A DNA stretch of 63,385 nt, the filler included, from Pirum gemmata (taxonomy: Eukaryota), in the NCBI GenBank assembly GCA_002812295.1. It is 11 parts of 11 records of this genome, joined end to end, with 100 filler letters (N's around TTAATTAATTAA, not from the genome) between each part and the next. Parts side by side here need not be neighbours in the genome. Positions count along the whole stretch, not along the records: positions 1 to 5,632 come from PDIN01000480.1; positions 5,733 to 11,389 come from PDIN01000481.1; positions 11,490 to 17,160 come from PDIN01000482.1; 8 more parts are not named here. One strand, given 5' to 3'. Positions 1-13,189 of the stretch are shown piece after piece (positions within the stretch are counted from its first letter, which is position 1; every line of letters begins with the position of its first letter). The notes under the pieces are model-generated. The model was not told the DNA's origin, made no database searches, and saw only the letters and a list, made by a program, of their open reading frames with translations. The translations under genes were made by a program, and so were the position numbers.

Positions 1-774
1 TAACAATAATAATAATAATAATAATAATAAGTTACATAAAAGTGATATTATACGATAGTTGTGTGTTAACAGAATTATGATATTATCATAAATAAAGCAG
101 ATAAAAACGAACTACATTGTACAGCAAATAATATTTCTATTTTTTTTTTTTATTTATGTCTATAATTTTCAATCGGTTTTAATATTATTCTTGAACCATC
201 TAGCTTGAACCTGCATTGATTTATAAATATCATAAAGTATAAATGATATCGATATGTCGTTTATTAATTAATCATGAAAGTGAAAATAAACACATTGATG
301 AAAAAAACAGAAAAACTCACCAAGCTCACGGTTCTCACCAAGTCTATCTAACTAGCTAGCTAGCTAGCTACTAGTAGCTCACCAAGTGGAGCTTTTATGA
401 TAGGATATTATAATTATATTAGCCAACAGGAGATATTAAAAATTTATTATTAGTTACGCTTGCACCTTTTTGACGCTTGCACTGTAGGTCTAGCTAGCTA
501 GCTCTAGCTAGAGCTAGTAGAGCAGTACTGTAGCACCTAGCTAGCTAGCTAGTAGTAGTAGCCATCATATCAATATTGGATATGATAGCTCTAGTCTACT
601 AGCTAGCTAGACTACTAGCTAGCTAGCTAGCTAGCTAGACTATAGCTAATGTATCGATATCATAATATGATATGGGATAGCTCGAGTATTCTAGTAGACA
701 AGCTAGCTTTAGAAAAACTTCTATAAAACCCTCTAACCATAACCCTGCCCTAACCCTAACCTTAATTAACCTTA

Positions 775-1205
775 ACAATTAACAATTAGCAATCAATTAA
801 AAATTAACAATCAACAATTAAAATTTAACAATTAAATTAACAATTAACAATTAACAATTTACAATTAACAATTATTAACAATTAACAATTATTAACAATT
901 AACAATTATTAACAATTAACAATTAACAATTAACAATTAACAATTAACAATTAACAATTAACAATTAAAACAAATAAAAATTAACAATTAACAATTAACA
1001 ATTAACAATTAAAAATTAACAATTAACAATTAACAATTAATATGTACAATATTAACAATTAGCCCTGACCCTAACCCTAACCCTAANGTTAACAATTAAC
1101 AATTAGCAATTATAAAATTATAAAATTAACAATTAACAATTAACAATTAACAATTAACAATTAACAATTAACAATTAACAATTAACAATTAACAATTAAT
1201 AACAA
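775..1205 (+). repeat. (AACAATT)n array with flanking and internal CCCTAA units
   Basis: Visible directly; CCCTAA units at ~748-760 and 1062-1086. Confidence 0.9.
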
Positions 1206-3545
1206 TTAAAATTTTAAAAAGTTAACAACTGTCTTCTTGATCTGTTACAGAGATCTATATATAGCAGAGTAAGCCCTAATTTGAGGACGAATTCGACGCT
1301 CCTATACGTGAAGACACACTCTAGCTAGCTAGAGTATGATAGCTAGCTAGTTTAAGCTCTAGCTAGCTAGTTTAGGTGTCTAAGCCCGAGAAATCTGACT
1401 ATACTCTCTATACTTTGACTACTGGCGGTATCCTATCCTATGCGTAGCTCTCGAACATAAATAACTTTTTTTTTTAAAATAAAAAAATTAATAAACTACC
1501 TTTTTGGTAGTTCTACTTTCTCATGTAGTCTATTTTTTATTATTAGCCAAAACTGAAAGAGTTAAAAAAAACTTTTAAAAAAGGACCTCAGACTATCAAT
1601 GCTATCACGATACTACTCTAGCTAGCTAGTAGCTAGCTAGACTATCTAGTCTATGGTACTTCTATGGTGTAGTTCTGAAGAGAGCTTGAACTTCTGAAGA
1701 CTACCTTTTCGATGCTTTCTTATAAATCTGAGTATCATAATTTTATATATATGCGTATAATAAATTATACCGGTATACATATGTGTGTGAGGCTATGATA
1801 GCTAGACTTTACTCCCCAGCAACTTGCCAGTTTACAACCCCTCTAATAATAGGCAGTTACCCTAGAGAGTAGACCCGAGCTTAAGTCTAACTAACCTTGG
1901 TTCTTCAAGCAAGCTGAATGACATTGACTGTTGATTATTTTTATAAACAATATCGATATATGCCTCAATGCTAGTGACTCAATGAGAGTATCGATATCAT
2001 AACTTATGTAATACCACTGGTAGATCCGGTCTACAATGACCCTAAATCTGTCTAGCTTGTTTCTCAGAACTTTCTCTATCGATAATAGTCTACCGGTATA
2101 ACAGCTTCTGTAAGACTATAACTGATAGTCTGCTTCTCGATAGTTTTCTTTCACGATAGACAGTCATAGACTGTCGTACAAGATGTTGAGAACTGACCCG
2201 ATAGATTATCAAGATAGCTATGAATCAGCCTATGATAGCTAGTAGCTAGTATGAATAGTTGTGTGCAACTAAAAAAAGTAGTAGCATCGATAACTACAAT
2301 TATTTGTAGCTCTAGCTATCAGATAGAGCTATCATACAGTATTTTGTATTGATAAGCATTATTATCAATATTATGATATAGTAACAGCAGTACTACTAGA
2401 GTAGGGTTGTTCGGTTCTAGACCTTAACCCCATTTTTTTGTAAACGAATTCATATAATTTTTAAAAAAAATAAAGTCACAGAATACACACGTAGCTAAGA
2501 CTACATGGCTCATCATGTGTTCAGGTTCACACTTCACAGTAGTTTCACAGTACTGAAAAAAGTTGAAAAAAGAGTGAAAAAAGAATTTCTTGAAAAAAAA
2601 AACCGTTGCCAGGACCAGTTTGCCTGGCCATTTGTCCAAAAGGTACAAACTTCTAATCAACACTATTTGCAGCATAATTTGCTGCCTACTGCTAGCTAGC
2701 TAGCTACTGCTACAGCTGCTGCAAAACTACAAGCTAGTAGCTAGTGTCTATTTGTCAGCACGTCCTCAATTGAGGCCCATTTTTGGCATCAATATAGGCA
2801 CTTGCTTTGTATAATTATAAAACAACAGTTACTTCTATCATATTGAAATATAAAAAGTCACTTCTTTAGGAATCATCCATAATTATAAAGGACGTCGCCT
2901 AATCTTGCCTATGCCTCTTTGTCCAAAACACTTTTGGTCATAATTTTAAAGTTCATTTTAATAATTAATTACTGCCAAAACAGTTTAAGTCACACTTTCA
3001 AACAATGACATCTATCAAAAAATAAGTGACGACTGTGACAGCTACTGTGACGTCCTTTATATGAATGCTCCCTCGATAGTGACTCTTTAGAGTCTCTTTA
3101 GGTGGCCGTGGCCCGTGGGCGTGGCCGTGAAAAAGTATCATATCGATATGATACCGGTACATCAAATAATTAGGAAATTGCCTCATATGTGTTGTATTGA
3201 TGGAGCTATTGATGCTCACTTTATGGCTCAGCTGTTCCGTAGACTAGAAGTTCGTATTTAATATCATAGTCTCATAGACTCTAATAATTATATAGTTTAA
3301 TAAGTAAATGCTGACTGGCTCGAGTGTTTTCTATCATAATTATCATACAAAAAAAAAATCGTGAAATTTTTTAAATTTTTGCAAACTACCAAGTGTCTAC
3401 TCCAAGATACTCCAAGTATGCAATTTATTATAAATAATATAATGAATTGTGCAAAAAACTACATAAATTTAAAATACTACGGTAATTTTATCATAACAAA
3501 TTTTATAAACATACATCGTTCAAAATCTAAATTATCTATTTTGTT

Positions 3546-4348
3546 ATGAAGATTTCTCCAAACTATAAAAATATAGTGAAAGTAAGTTTAGGATTATTAT
3601 TTTTGGCTTTTGTATTTTATTTCAATATGTGTGGTACTCCAGATATACCCGTCAATGAACGTGTTTTATTGCCATCGAATGTAAAACCTGTTAAATATGA
3701 TATTACTTTAACGCCTGATTTGCAAAATTTCACCTTTTCTGGTCTTTCGCTCATTGAGGTTGATGTAACAAAAGAGACTGAAACTATTTCAATACATGCA
3801 GTGGAACTAGTTGTAAAAACATGTACAATTGATATTAATGGTGAGGCAGTAGAAATGGTAAAACAAACGGCAGATAAGGTACTAATTATTTGTTGTTCTG
3901 ATAGTATTTTTCGTTTATTTTTATTGTAATGGAGGTGCCATTATTATGTTTGCCTTTGTTATCATTGCCATTGTCATTGTCATTGCCATTGTCATTGTCA
4001 TTGTCATTGTCATTTCCAATGTCAGTGTCATTGTCTTTGTCTTTGTTTTTGTCTTTGTCATTGTCTTTGTTTTTGTCTTTGTCATTGTCTTTGTCATTTT
4101 CATTGTCATTGTCATACCATTATCGTTGTATTTGTATTTGTATTTGTATTTGTATTTATATTTATATTTGTAATTATATTTATAATGGTAATGGTAATGG
4201 TAATGGTAATGGTAATGGTAATGGTAACGGTAATGGTAATTTGTCGTCATTTTTTTTTTATTATTATTTATTTATTTTATTCGTCATTTGTCATTTGTCA
4301 TTTGTCATTTGTCATTTGTCATTTGTCATTTGTTATTTGTTATTTGTT

Positions 4349-4379
<31 letters not shown>

Positions 4380-5620
4380 TGTCACTGTCATTGTAATTAT
4401 GAAATTGAAATGGCTTTGAATTCTAATTTCATTTTATTATATTTCATTTTATAGTATTTTATTGGGTATATTTGTACTGTCGTTCAGTTATCTGAATACA
4501 TTTTGCTGTTATTTTTTCTATTTTTCTGACTTTACAATTTTACTTTTCAAATGTAGGAATCCGAGACCATAACTTTTGATTTTGGAAAGCCTGTTAATGT
4601 GGGAAAACACTTTTTAACTATCGTTTTTGACGGCATACTTAATGATCAAATGTGTGGATTTTATCGCTCAAAATACAAGAAAAATGGAGAGGAAAAGTAT
4701 TGCGCAGGTTAAGTTCTTTTCTTTTCTTATTGCTTTTTTTACTTCGCTTGTTGAGCACTCTCCCTTTTTTGTCCCTCTTTATTCCTTGGTTTTGTCTTTT
4801 ATTTGCTCATCGTATTGTTTGTTATATGTAATTTTTATTTTATTTTTGCTTGACATGTATACTTGTGCGTGTATATACATAGGCGTGCGTATGTTGTGTG
4901 TGTGTGTTTATATGCATATTTGTGTTTAGTATTGTTTATTTGTGTTTTGTATTGTTTATTTATTTACATGTTTTTTTTACTTAGTTATTCGTAATTTTTG
5001 TTTGTTTCTTTTTTGTTTTGTTTATTATTTACTTACTATGTTTCATTTCATTGCTTAATTGATCATATCGTCATATTTTCTTTTTCCTTTTTTGTATTAG
5101 TTACTCAGTTTGAACCTACGGACGCAAGAAGAGCGTTTCCTTGTTTTGATGAACCAGCACTAAAAGCTAAATTTACTATACGACTGGTAGTCCCTCAAGA
5201 GCTAGTTGCTCTGTCCAACATGCCTATCCTATCAACCGCAGTTCAAGGCGATAAAAAAACAGTAGTTTATGAAGAAACGCCAGTATGTTATATTTATTGC
5301 CTTATGTTCATAGATGAGAAATATGTTGTATAGCGTTGCCGCTGTAATATATTTTGTTGAATGTATTTTTTCCTTGCTATTTGTGTTTTGTTTTATTAAT
5401 TGTGCTATTTCTTTTACTGTAGATCATGTCAACTTATTTGGTTGCTTTCGTTGTTGGTGAATTTGACTACGTAGAAGGTAAATCAGAAAAGGGTGGTGTT
5501 ACTGTTAGGGTTTTTACCGAAGTTGGGAAGTCTGAACAAGGTAAATTTGCTTTAGATTGTGCTTGCAAAATTTTAGATTTTTATGATGATTATTTTGACA
5601 TAAAGTACCCTCTGGAAAAG
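3546..5620 (+). CDS. M1-family (puromycin-sensitive-like) aminopeptidase, 5' part; exons 3546-3878, 4557-4707, 5101-5282, 5423-5620; cut off by contig end
   Basis: GT-AG splicing keeps the frame. Family motifs [51 protein letters not shown] and [10 protein letters not shown] are present. GAMEN/HEXXH would lie beyond the contig end. Confidence 0.93.
3960..4395 (+). repeat. Compound microsatellite (TTGTCA/TTTGTA/GGTAAT/ATTTGTC) in aminopeptidase intron 1
   Basis: Visible directly; accounts for the low-complexity ORFs at 3921-4454. Confidence 0.9.
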
Positions 5621-5632
5621 GTTTGCATTTTG

Positions 5633-5732
5633 NNNNNNNNNNNNNNNNNNNNNNNNNNNNNNNNNNNNNNNNNNNNTTAATTAATTAANNNNNNNNNNNN
5701 NNNNNNNNNNNNNNNNNNNNNNNNNNNNNNNN
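5633..5732. other. Artificial contig-joining spacer (N44-TTAATTAATTAA-N44), first of ten
   Basis: Identical 100-bp spacers with stops in all six frames also at 11390-11489, 17161-17260, 22989-23088, 28710-28809, 34407-34506, 40119-40218, 45865-45964, 51608-51707 and 57333-57432. Confidence 0.97.
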
Positions 5733-5919
5733 ATTATTATTATTATTATATGCAATAAAAACATTGTCACCATCATTATTTCTCTCTTCTCTTATTTCAA
5801 CTTTCTCATAATAATAACCATTTCTAAATCTAATAAACCCTTTCTATGAATTGTCAACCTCTGGATTTAGTTTCATTGCATAAGCATTTAAAACATCCCT
5901 TTGATGTTTAGGCTCAATA

Positions 5920-6026
5920 TCTTTTAACTCTACAAAATCTGGTTGTGATTGGAGTAATTGTGTATAACAGCACGTTTTATCAATGCACTCTTGACGTTTA
6001 AGTTTACTTTTGCATTTCAGTTTCAT
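5920..6026 (-). pseudogene. Possible IS630/Tc1-like transposase fragment
   Basis: KCKSKLKRQECIDKTCCYTQLLQSQPDF resembles, from memory, the C..CC.RR.L..QPDF segment upstream of the PKFHCELNPIE motif in fungal/protist Tc1-like transposases. The downstream motif is not clearly retained. Confidence 0.45.
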
Positions 6027-6039
6027 TGTTTAGATAAAA

Positions 6040-6220
6040 GTACTAAATTTGGGAAACTAAATGTACCATATTAAGTAAAAATGTATTTTTGGTAACTTAA
6101 AGTCTATTTTTGGTACTATGTTAGACAAAATTACTATATTTGGTAAACTAAATGTACCATATTAAGTAAAATGTATTTTTGGTAACTTAAAGTCTATATT
6201 TGGTAACTAAAGTCTATTTT
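6040..6220 (+). repeat. Degenerate tandem repeat (TTTGGTAACT(T)AAAGTCTAT-like units, ~90-bp higher-order duplication)
   Basis: AAACTAAATGTACCATATTAAGTAAAA...TTTTTGGTAACTTAAAGTCTAT occurs twice. Confidence 0.8.
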
Positions 6221-6419
6221 TGGGTGATTTTTTTGAGTGAAATTTGGCACAAATTTTGATTTTCGTCCGTCTTTAGGCTGACCGCACTATACAATAATAA
6301 TAATCTATAATGATGATAATGATGATGATGTTATTATGATGGTAATGATGATGATGATGATAAAGATGATGATGATGATGATGATTATACTGATAATATT
6401 AGGAACAAAATTGCTAATC

Positions 6420-6760
6420 ATAGACTGTATATTATGGTATTATTTTGAAAAGTACAACAACAATCAAATCATTAACTTATATGATACCAAAGTATTATGA
6501 AATAAGTCTCCCTCTATTTTTTTTTTTTTCGTTCTTTAGAAAAAGAAAAACAGTTTATTAACACTGCTGGATAAAACTGCAGAAATCATTTTTTTAGACT
6601 TTTTTTCTAATAACCTTTAATATTAAATAGCCAAATTATTATTAAAACCTGGCCATTGGTTCATAATAGAGTTTTCTTGGTTAGACTATTTCTGAAATTT
6701 TGACAGTACTTTCATTAAAATAGGAAGATTTTAATATTTCATCAGATTCAATTTATCTGG
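6420..6760 (+). mobile_element. Interspersed repeat family D copy
   Basis: Shares blocks GAAAAGTACA..CAATCAAATCATTAACT, AGAAATCATTTT..TAGCCAAATTATT and ATTGGTTCATAATAGAGTTTTCTT with 61035-61510, and on the opposite strand with 55990-56245. Fragments at 27222-27288 and 51430-51475. Confidence 0.7.
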
Positions 6761-7115
6761 CTAAGTGCTGGCTAAGTGCTAAAAAAAAATTAAAAAAAAA
6801 AGAACTTGAGTCAGTGTTGTATCTATTCTGCTCTAGCTAGCTAGTAGTCTATCTATCGAGTTGAAATATCGACAGTTCAGATCACAGAAGCCGATCTGTG
6901 ACGTTTCATATACCATCCCTTTTGAAGAAACCATATAATAATATAAAGAGAGGACCGTAAGAGTACCGTAAGGGTCGGGTAGTTAAGCTCGAAAGTATTC
7001 AATGAGAATAAACAAAATCTCAATTTCTACAAGTTTTTTTTTTTTTGTTAATTTAATCTACCTGTGAGTCTGTGACTGACTACTACCCCTAGCTAGTCTA
7101 GCTAGCTACTAGCTA

Positions 7116-7286
7116 TCGTCCTTTCATTTATTTTGTCACTCTGAATATTTATTTGGATGGTTATAATATTTAAATTGACATTTTTAAATCAATACATAGA
7201 TAATAAAATATACCAAATTAAATTAAATGGATTTATATTGTATTAATTTGGAACTATTTTATGATGACAAAACAACTTAAAAGCAC
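7116..7286 (+). mobile_element. MITE family A copy (~170-190 bp, TIR GTGCTTTTCA.TT.TTTTGTCA)
   Basis: Matches the other family A copies; ends ...TGACAAAACAACTTAAAAGCAC|TA. Confidence 0.85.
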
Positions 7287-9608
7287 TATAGCTAGCTAGT
7301 TACCTAGCTATCTGATATTAGTATAGCTAGCTACATGTAGTTAGCTATGATACTAGCTAGCTAGAGCTATGAATCTACTAGCTACTAATAAATAATAATA
7401 ATAAATACCAATAATATAATAATAATGATAATAATAATATGTTAATAATAATATAATAATAATAATAATAATATAATAATAATAAGAATAAGAATAAGAA
7501 TACTAAAATAGTTGGTCTATCATAGCTCTCTAGTAGCTATCATAGCTACCATAGCTATCATGATAGTATCATTATATAGAACTATAGTATGATAGCTTAC
7601 AGGATAGCTAACCATCATAGCTAGCTATACAGTAGAAACGATGGATCCAGTCTAGCTAGCTAGTAGCTAGTAGCTACTACCACTTTTTTTTGAGAAATTT
7701 TTATTTTTATTTTCCAAAGAAAATTTTAGAAGAAAATAGTATACGGTTCATGACGTCATTATGTCCAAATGGTAAATTGTGGCTCCCACCCTTGAGATTT
7801 TTCGAAAAAAAAATTGAGCGAGCCTTAGCATTTTGAAAGTTGACCAAAAATCACCAAAATATTCCCATTTTAATTAGTAAAGTACCCCATAAAAATTATC
7901 GATCACATTTTTAAACTGGTATGATAAATGTAGACCAAAATAGATTGGAAAAATTTTGATTAAAAAAAAAAAAAAAAAAAAAAATGACGTCAAGGAAGTC
8001 AAAACTTTTCTACAATTACAAATATGGTAGTTTTTTAAAAAGCACTTTTTTTGGGTTATTGTTCACCAAATATTGCCTTAGTATGCCCTACCTAACAGGC
8101 TTTTTTCAGATGAGAGGGATCAATTAAATCATCAACGCTGTAAGTTACAATATTGAACTAACCTTTATTAAACTCAGTGAATTATGAAAAGCATTACCAG
8201 ATATTTATTTCGAAAATTTTATCACTATTTCCCTACATTACTTTGACAGTAAAAAAAAAAAAGTCCTGTTTTTCCTTTTTCTATCGTAGAGAAAAAGGAG
8301 CAGCAGGTTACAATTATATAGTTAATTATAGTTGAAGTTTGTTGACTTGTTTCATAGTACTTTTGTATAAGTTAATGATTTGATTGTCTTTCGGGTTTAA
8401 CTTGTTGTACTTCTCATAGTCTATGATTACCAATCGTATTGTTCTTTTGCTTTATTCTTAAAAGCATTGGTTTTTAATTAACTTTTGTTCCTAATGTTTT
8501 TTTTCAATTTTCAATTTTTATTAATAAATTTTTATAAACGTGCCTTTATTGAAGAAAGGTCCGGTCCGGTTTCTCTTTCTAATGGTATCGAGTTGAAGAT
8601 GTTCAGAAACTTCAGATCGAAGGGTTCACGCAATCCGACCCAGCTAGTGACGTTGTCACTTTAACTCACTTACCTTCCCTCCTTTGAGCTAACTACGATA
8701 ATAAAGAGTGAGCCATAAGAGTCCATAAGAGTATTCACAGTGTTCACATGAGAAGTTTTCAGCAAGTGAGGCTTGCTCGATTATACTAGCTCGGTTGTAG
8801 TTTTTAGCGAGACATGGAATTTTGTGTTATTTCCAAGTCATACGTGGGGGGGGAGTGGAAAAGTCGAGGAATCGAGCCCTGATTAATTAAAGCTCTAGCT
8901 AGCTAGCTAGCTAGCTAGTAGATAACTGTAGACTCTAGCTAGCTAGCTAGTAGTAAGTAGCCTTGGTACTCTAGCTAGCTAGCTAGACTATTAGACAGTT
9001 TTTCTCTACTAGCTAGCTAGCTAGCTATCAATAGTCCAGTAGCTAGCTAGCTAGCTAGTGTAGTAGCATTATTACATGGATATGAATCATATTTTGAGTT
9101 TGCTTGGTGGTTTTTTTGCGAAAAAAAGTGAAAAATAATTAGAAAAAAAAATGAAGGGGAGTAGAAAAAAAAAATGAAGGGGTGGTGACACCCTTCCAAA
9201 CCATACTATACTTTTTGTACTACTCCACTCCACTATTTAATTAATTTTTTTTTTCGTCTGGGAGAGTAGACTAGATCTATAGATATTTCAGTCTCATCTT
9301 AGCGGGACAATCACTCTAGCTAGCTAGCTAGGCGGATAATATCATAGTAGTCTATGATACCTACTAGCTAGCTAGCTATCGATTTCAGATATACGTATCA
9401 TACTGGCTCGCTAGTAGTTAGTAGCTACAGAAGCTCTACTAGCTAGCTATCGATAGTAGCTATCATAATAGTAGTCTAACAAGCTAGCTAGCTAGCTAGC
9501 TAGTAGAGGTCTATCATATAGTTCAACAGAGTATCGTGATACATTGTGAGTACAACACTTTCTCGAGTCTTGATAGGTTCTTTTTTTTTTTTTTTCCTTC
9601 CTTATTAT

Positions 9609-9672
<64 letters not shown>

Positions 9673-10316
9673 ACTTTTTAAATTTAATACTCTAGCTAGC
9701 TAGCTAGCTAGTTATATAGGTCTACTACCTAGCTCTAGCTAGCTAGCTAGCTAACTATGTCTACTATCATACCACTAACTACTAGCTAGTAACTAGCTAG
9801 TAGCTATGAATCATAGCTAGCTAGACTAGTAGCTAGACTCTAGCTAGTAGCTACTAGCTACTACTAGCTAGCTAGCTAAGAATTAAAAGGGCTGCTTGAG
9901 CAGTGAGTAAAAAATTTTAATATCATAAAAAAAAAAAAAAAGGGTCAAAATCCCTCAAAATCCGGAATCAACGTACAGTGTATACCACCGACAGGAGGAA
10001 CCACATGTGGGTCTTTTGGTCCTTTGGCATATATATAATACATAGTCTCCAATTTATATTATATATTATATATCATAATGATGTATTATTGTGAATATAT
10101 CATTATGATACATATTATCGATATCTTTTGCAGCTGGAGTCTATACTTACTTATAAAGACATACTTCTAATTTTAAAAAATAAATAAAAAAAAACACTCG
10201 AAGAAAACCGGCTGAGAAAACTGGCTAGAGAAAAAAAAGGCAGACAAACGAGGCTAATAATAATTATTATTGTTTTCCATATTAAATAGACCTGTAGCCG
10301 TTTTCTTTTAAAAGTG

Positions 10317-10378
<62 letters not shown>

Positions 10379-11639
10379 CGAAAAAACCAAACCAAAAAAA
10401 AAAAAACGAAAGACAAAAGACAAAAAACAAAAGACAAGAGACAAAAAAAAATCTTATTTATTTATTATTTATTAGTCTTTATTTTCCTATGTTCCAAAAA
10501 TTTATCATCAAAAAGTGCAGAGAGGTAAAAAAAAAACAATTTTTTTGAAAATAAAATATAAAACAAAAGGACAAAGTTTAAATACTCACACAATTTGTAT
10601 ATAATATGCAGTATCAATATCACTTCAGTTTAAGTCGTTAATATACATACTATTTTTATCACCGCACTACGTATACACATATAATGTACCAAACACATAA
10701 CACACTTCTATAATACACACACTGAGCGATAACAATAGCAAATAATTCTTCAAACACTTTAATTTATAAGCTCACAATATTTATTCTACACCATTTCTAT
10801 TCTCAGCAAGAGTTATATATTTATTTGCCAAAGTAATTTCGATGGTCTAATAGTGAAGGTTTAATTTTATTTTGCATGGTTAGGGTTAGGGTTGGGGTAG
10901 GGATGTGGAGTTTTTTAATGTTTTAGTCTTACTTAGTGTTAGTGTGATAGTGTTGGTGTGATAGTGTTGGTGTGGTAGTGTTGGTGCGATAGTGTTGGTG
11001 TGATAGTGTTGGTGCGATAATATATAATGAATAGAAAAGTAAAATAAATATGAATATAATAAAAAATATTAATTTAATTTTTTATTTATTTTTTTATTTA
11101 TTTTTTTAAAATAATAATAATAATAATAATTGATACAAATTTTTCATTTATTTTTTATTTTTATTATTTTCATATTTATTTAATTTTTCTATTCCTCATA
11201 TATAATGATTTACACCATGTAGTTCTCATTAATAATGCTTATGATATACTATTGATGTTGTACATAATTACTATTGTGCTCAATAATACGTCCCAATTAT
11301 TATTATTATTATTATTATGATATACTATTGATGTTGTACATAATTACTATTGTGCTCTATAATACATCCCTATTATTATTATTATTATTNNNNNNNNNNN
11401 NNNNNNNNNNNNNNNNNNNNNNNNNNNNNNNNNTTAATTAATTAANNNNNNNNNNNNNNNNNNNNNNNNNNNNNNNNNNNNNNNNNNNNAATGGGATAGG
11501 GGATTGAAATACATGTTTATTTTATGTATTATGTATGATTTTGTTCATTAATAGTAGGTTATAGTAGTTGTTTTGAAATAGGTATGAGTAATGTTATTGG
11601 TATGGATTTTAGTATTGATATTAAAATAGTAGTAATTGT

Positions 11640-12240
11640 GTTAACATAAGTATTAGTATTTGTATTAGTATTAGTATTAGTATTTATATTAGTATTAATA
11701 TTTAGTATCGTTATTATTGATATTATTTGGTATTATTATTAGTATTAGTATTAGTATTAGTATTATTATTATTATTAATATTTAGTATTAGTATTAGTAT
11801 TAGTATTAGTATTAGTATTAGTATTAGTATTAGTATTAGTATTAGTATTAGTATTAGTATTAGTATTAGTATTAGTGTTAGTATTAGTANTTAATATTAA
11901 TATTAGTGTTAGTATTAGTATTAGTATTAGTATTGGTATTGGCACTTATACTATTACTATTACTATTACTATTACTATTACTATTACTATTACTATTACT
12001 ATTACTATTACTATTACTGTTACTGTTATTATTACTATCACTTTTACTAATACTATTACAATAGCTATTACTATTAGTGTGACTATTTCTATTACTATTA
12101 CCATTACCATTACTATTACTTATTACTATTTCTATTACTATTACCCTATTACTATCGTTATTACAATTACAATTACAATTACTATCACTTACTATTACTA
12201 TTACTATTACTTTACTATTACTGTGGCTATAAATAGTGAT
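11640..12240 (+). repeat. (TATTAG)n followed by (TATTAC)n microsatellites
   Basis: Visible directly. Confidence 0.9.
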
Positions 12241-12989
12241 ATTATTATTCTTTTTTGTTTTTTAATGCAATGTGAAATTAGAATTAAAAATAGAATAATA
12301 GCAGTATATCGAATCAAATATATATTTTGATTTGGCTTGAAATAACCAGAACTTTTCGAACAGCTTTTAGCAAAAAAAAAACTATACTTTTAAAGTTATA
12401 TAGATTAAAATGTTTAGAAGGTTTATAGACTATAAAAAAACAAAAAACAAAAGCGGGAAGAAACTATACTTTCATGGATTGTGATTATATACGTTATTTA
12501 TTTCAATAGACATTATGAATTGATTGTTTAACATAATATTATATTTTAAGAACAACAACAACAACAAGAACAAGAACAACAACAACAACAACAACAACAA
12601 CCGACACCGCATCATCAAAGAAATCGGAATACCGAGTCAACTGCTGAAAAAGCTATAATATACACCAACCACATTATCCAATTAAAATCTATAATAGCAA
12701 TAACAATCAAATTAACAATATATTAAAATAATAACGTTAACAATAAAAACAATAATAACAGCTACAATAACAATAACAATAACAATAACAATAACAATAA
12801 CAATAACAATAACAATAACAATAACAATAACAATAACAATAACAATCATATTATGGTTAAATTAATATAGTAATAATAATAATAACAGCAATACTAATAA
12901 ATCATAAGACAAGCTTTAGATACAATCCTATACAATGTACAATACTAACAAGCCTATGCATATATCATTTGGTATCGATATGAATATTA

Positions 12990-13189
12990 TTGTCTATTTC
13001 ACAAGTTGTCCTCTTAATCTTTAATTTGGCGCTGTTTAAGTGTATAATTGAATTTCTTTATAAAATATAGAACATTAATTATAAAATACCAAATTAATTA
13101 AAACATGTCTAATAATTTAACCATAATAATTATTTGGTACGTTTTAATATTTCAGTTGTTGAACTGGACAACACTATTGAAAAACACAA
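12990..13189 (+). mobile_element. MITE family B copy (~200 bp; consensus imperfect TIR TCGTCTATTTCATTACAGTTGTCC / GGACAACACTATTGAAAAACACGA)
   Basis: Homologous to 16374-16577, 20766-20935, 35068-35230, 50484-50640 and ~16008-16145. Confidence 0.8.

Noticed and set aside
3921..4454. Low-complexity ORFs here and at 11875, 17749-18273, 22240-23044, 24311-24646, 38693-39145, 43682-44150, 56703-57138, 61889-62451 and 63058-63372
   Set aside because: Translations of microsatellites, homopolymers or N gaps.
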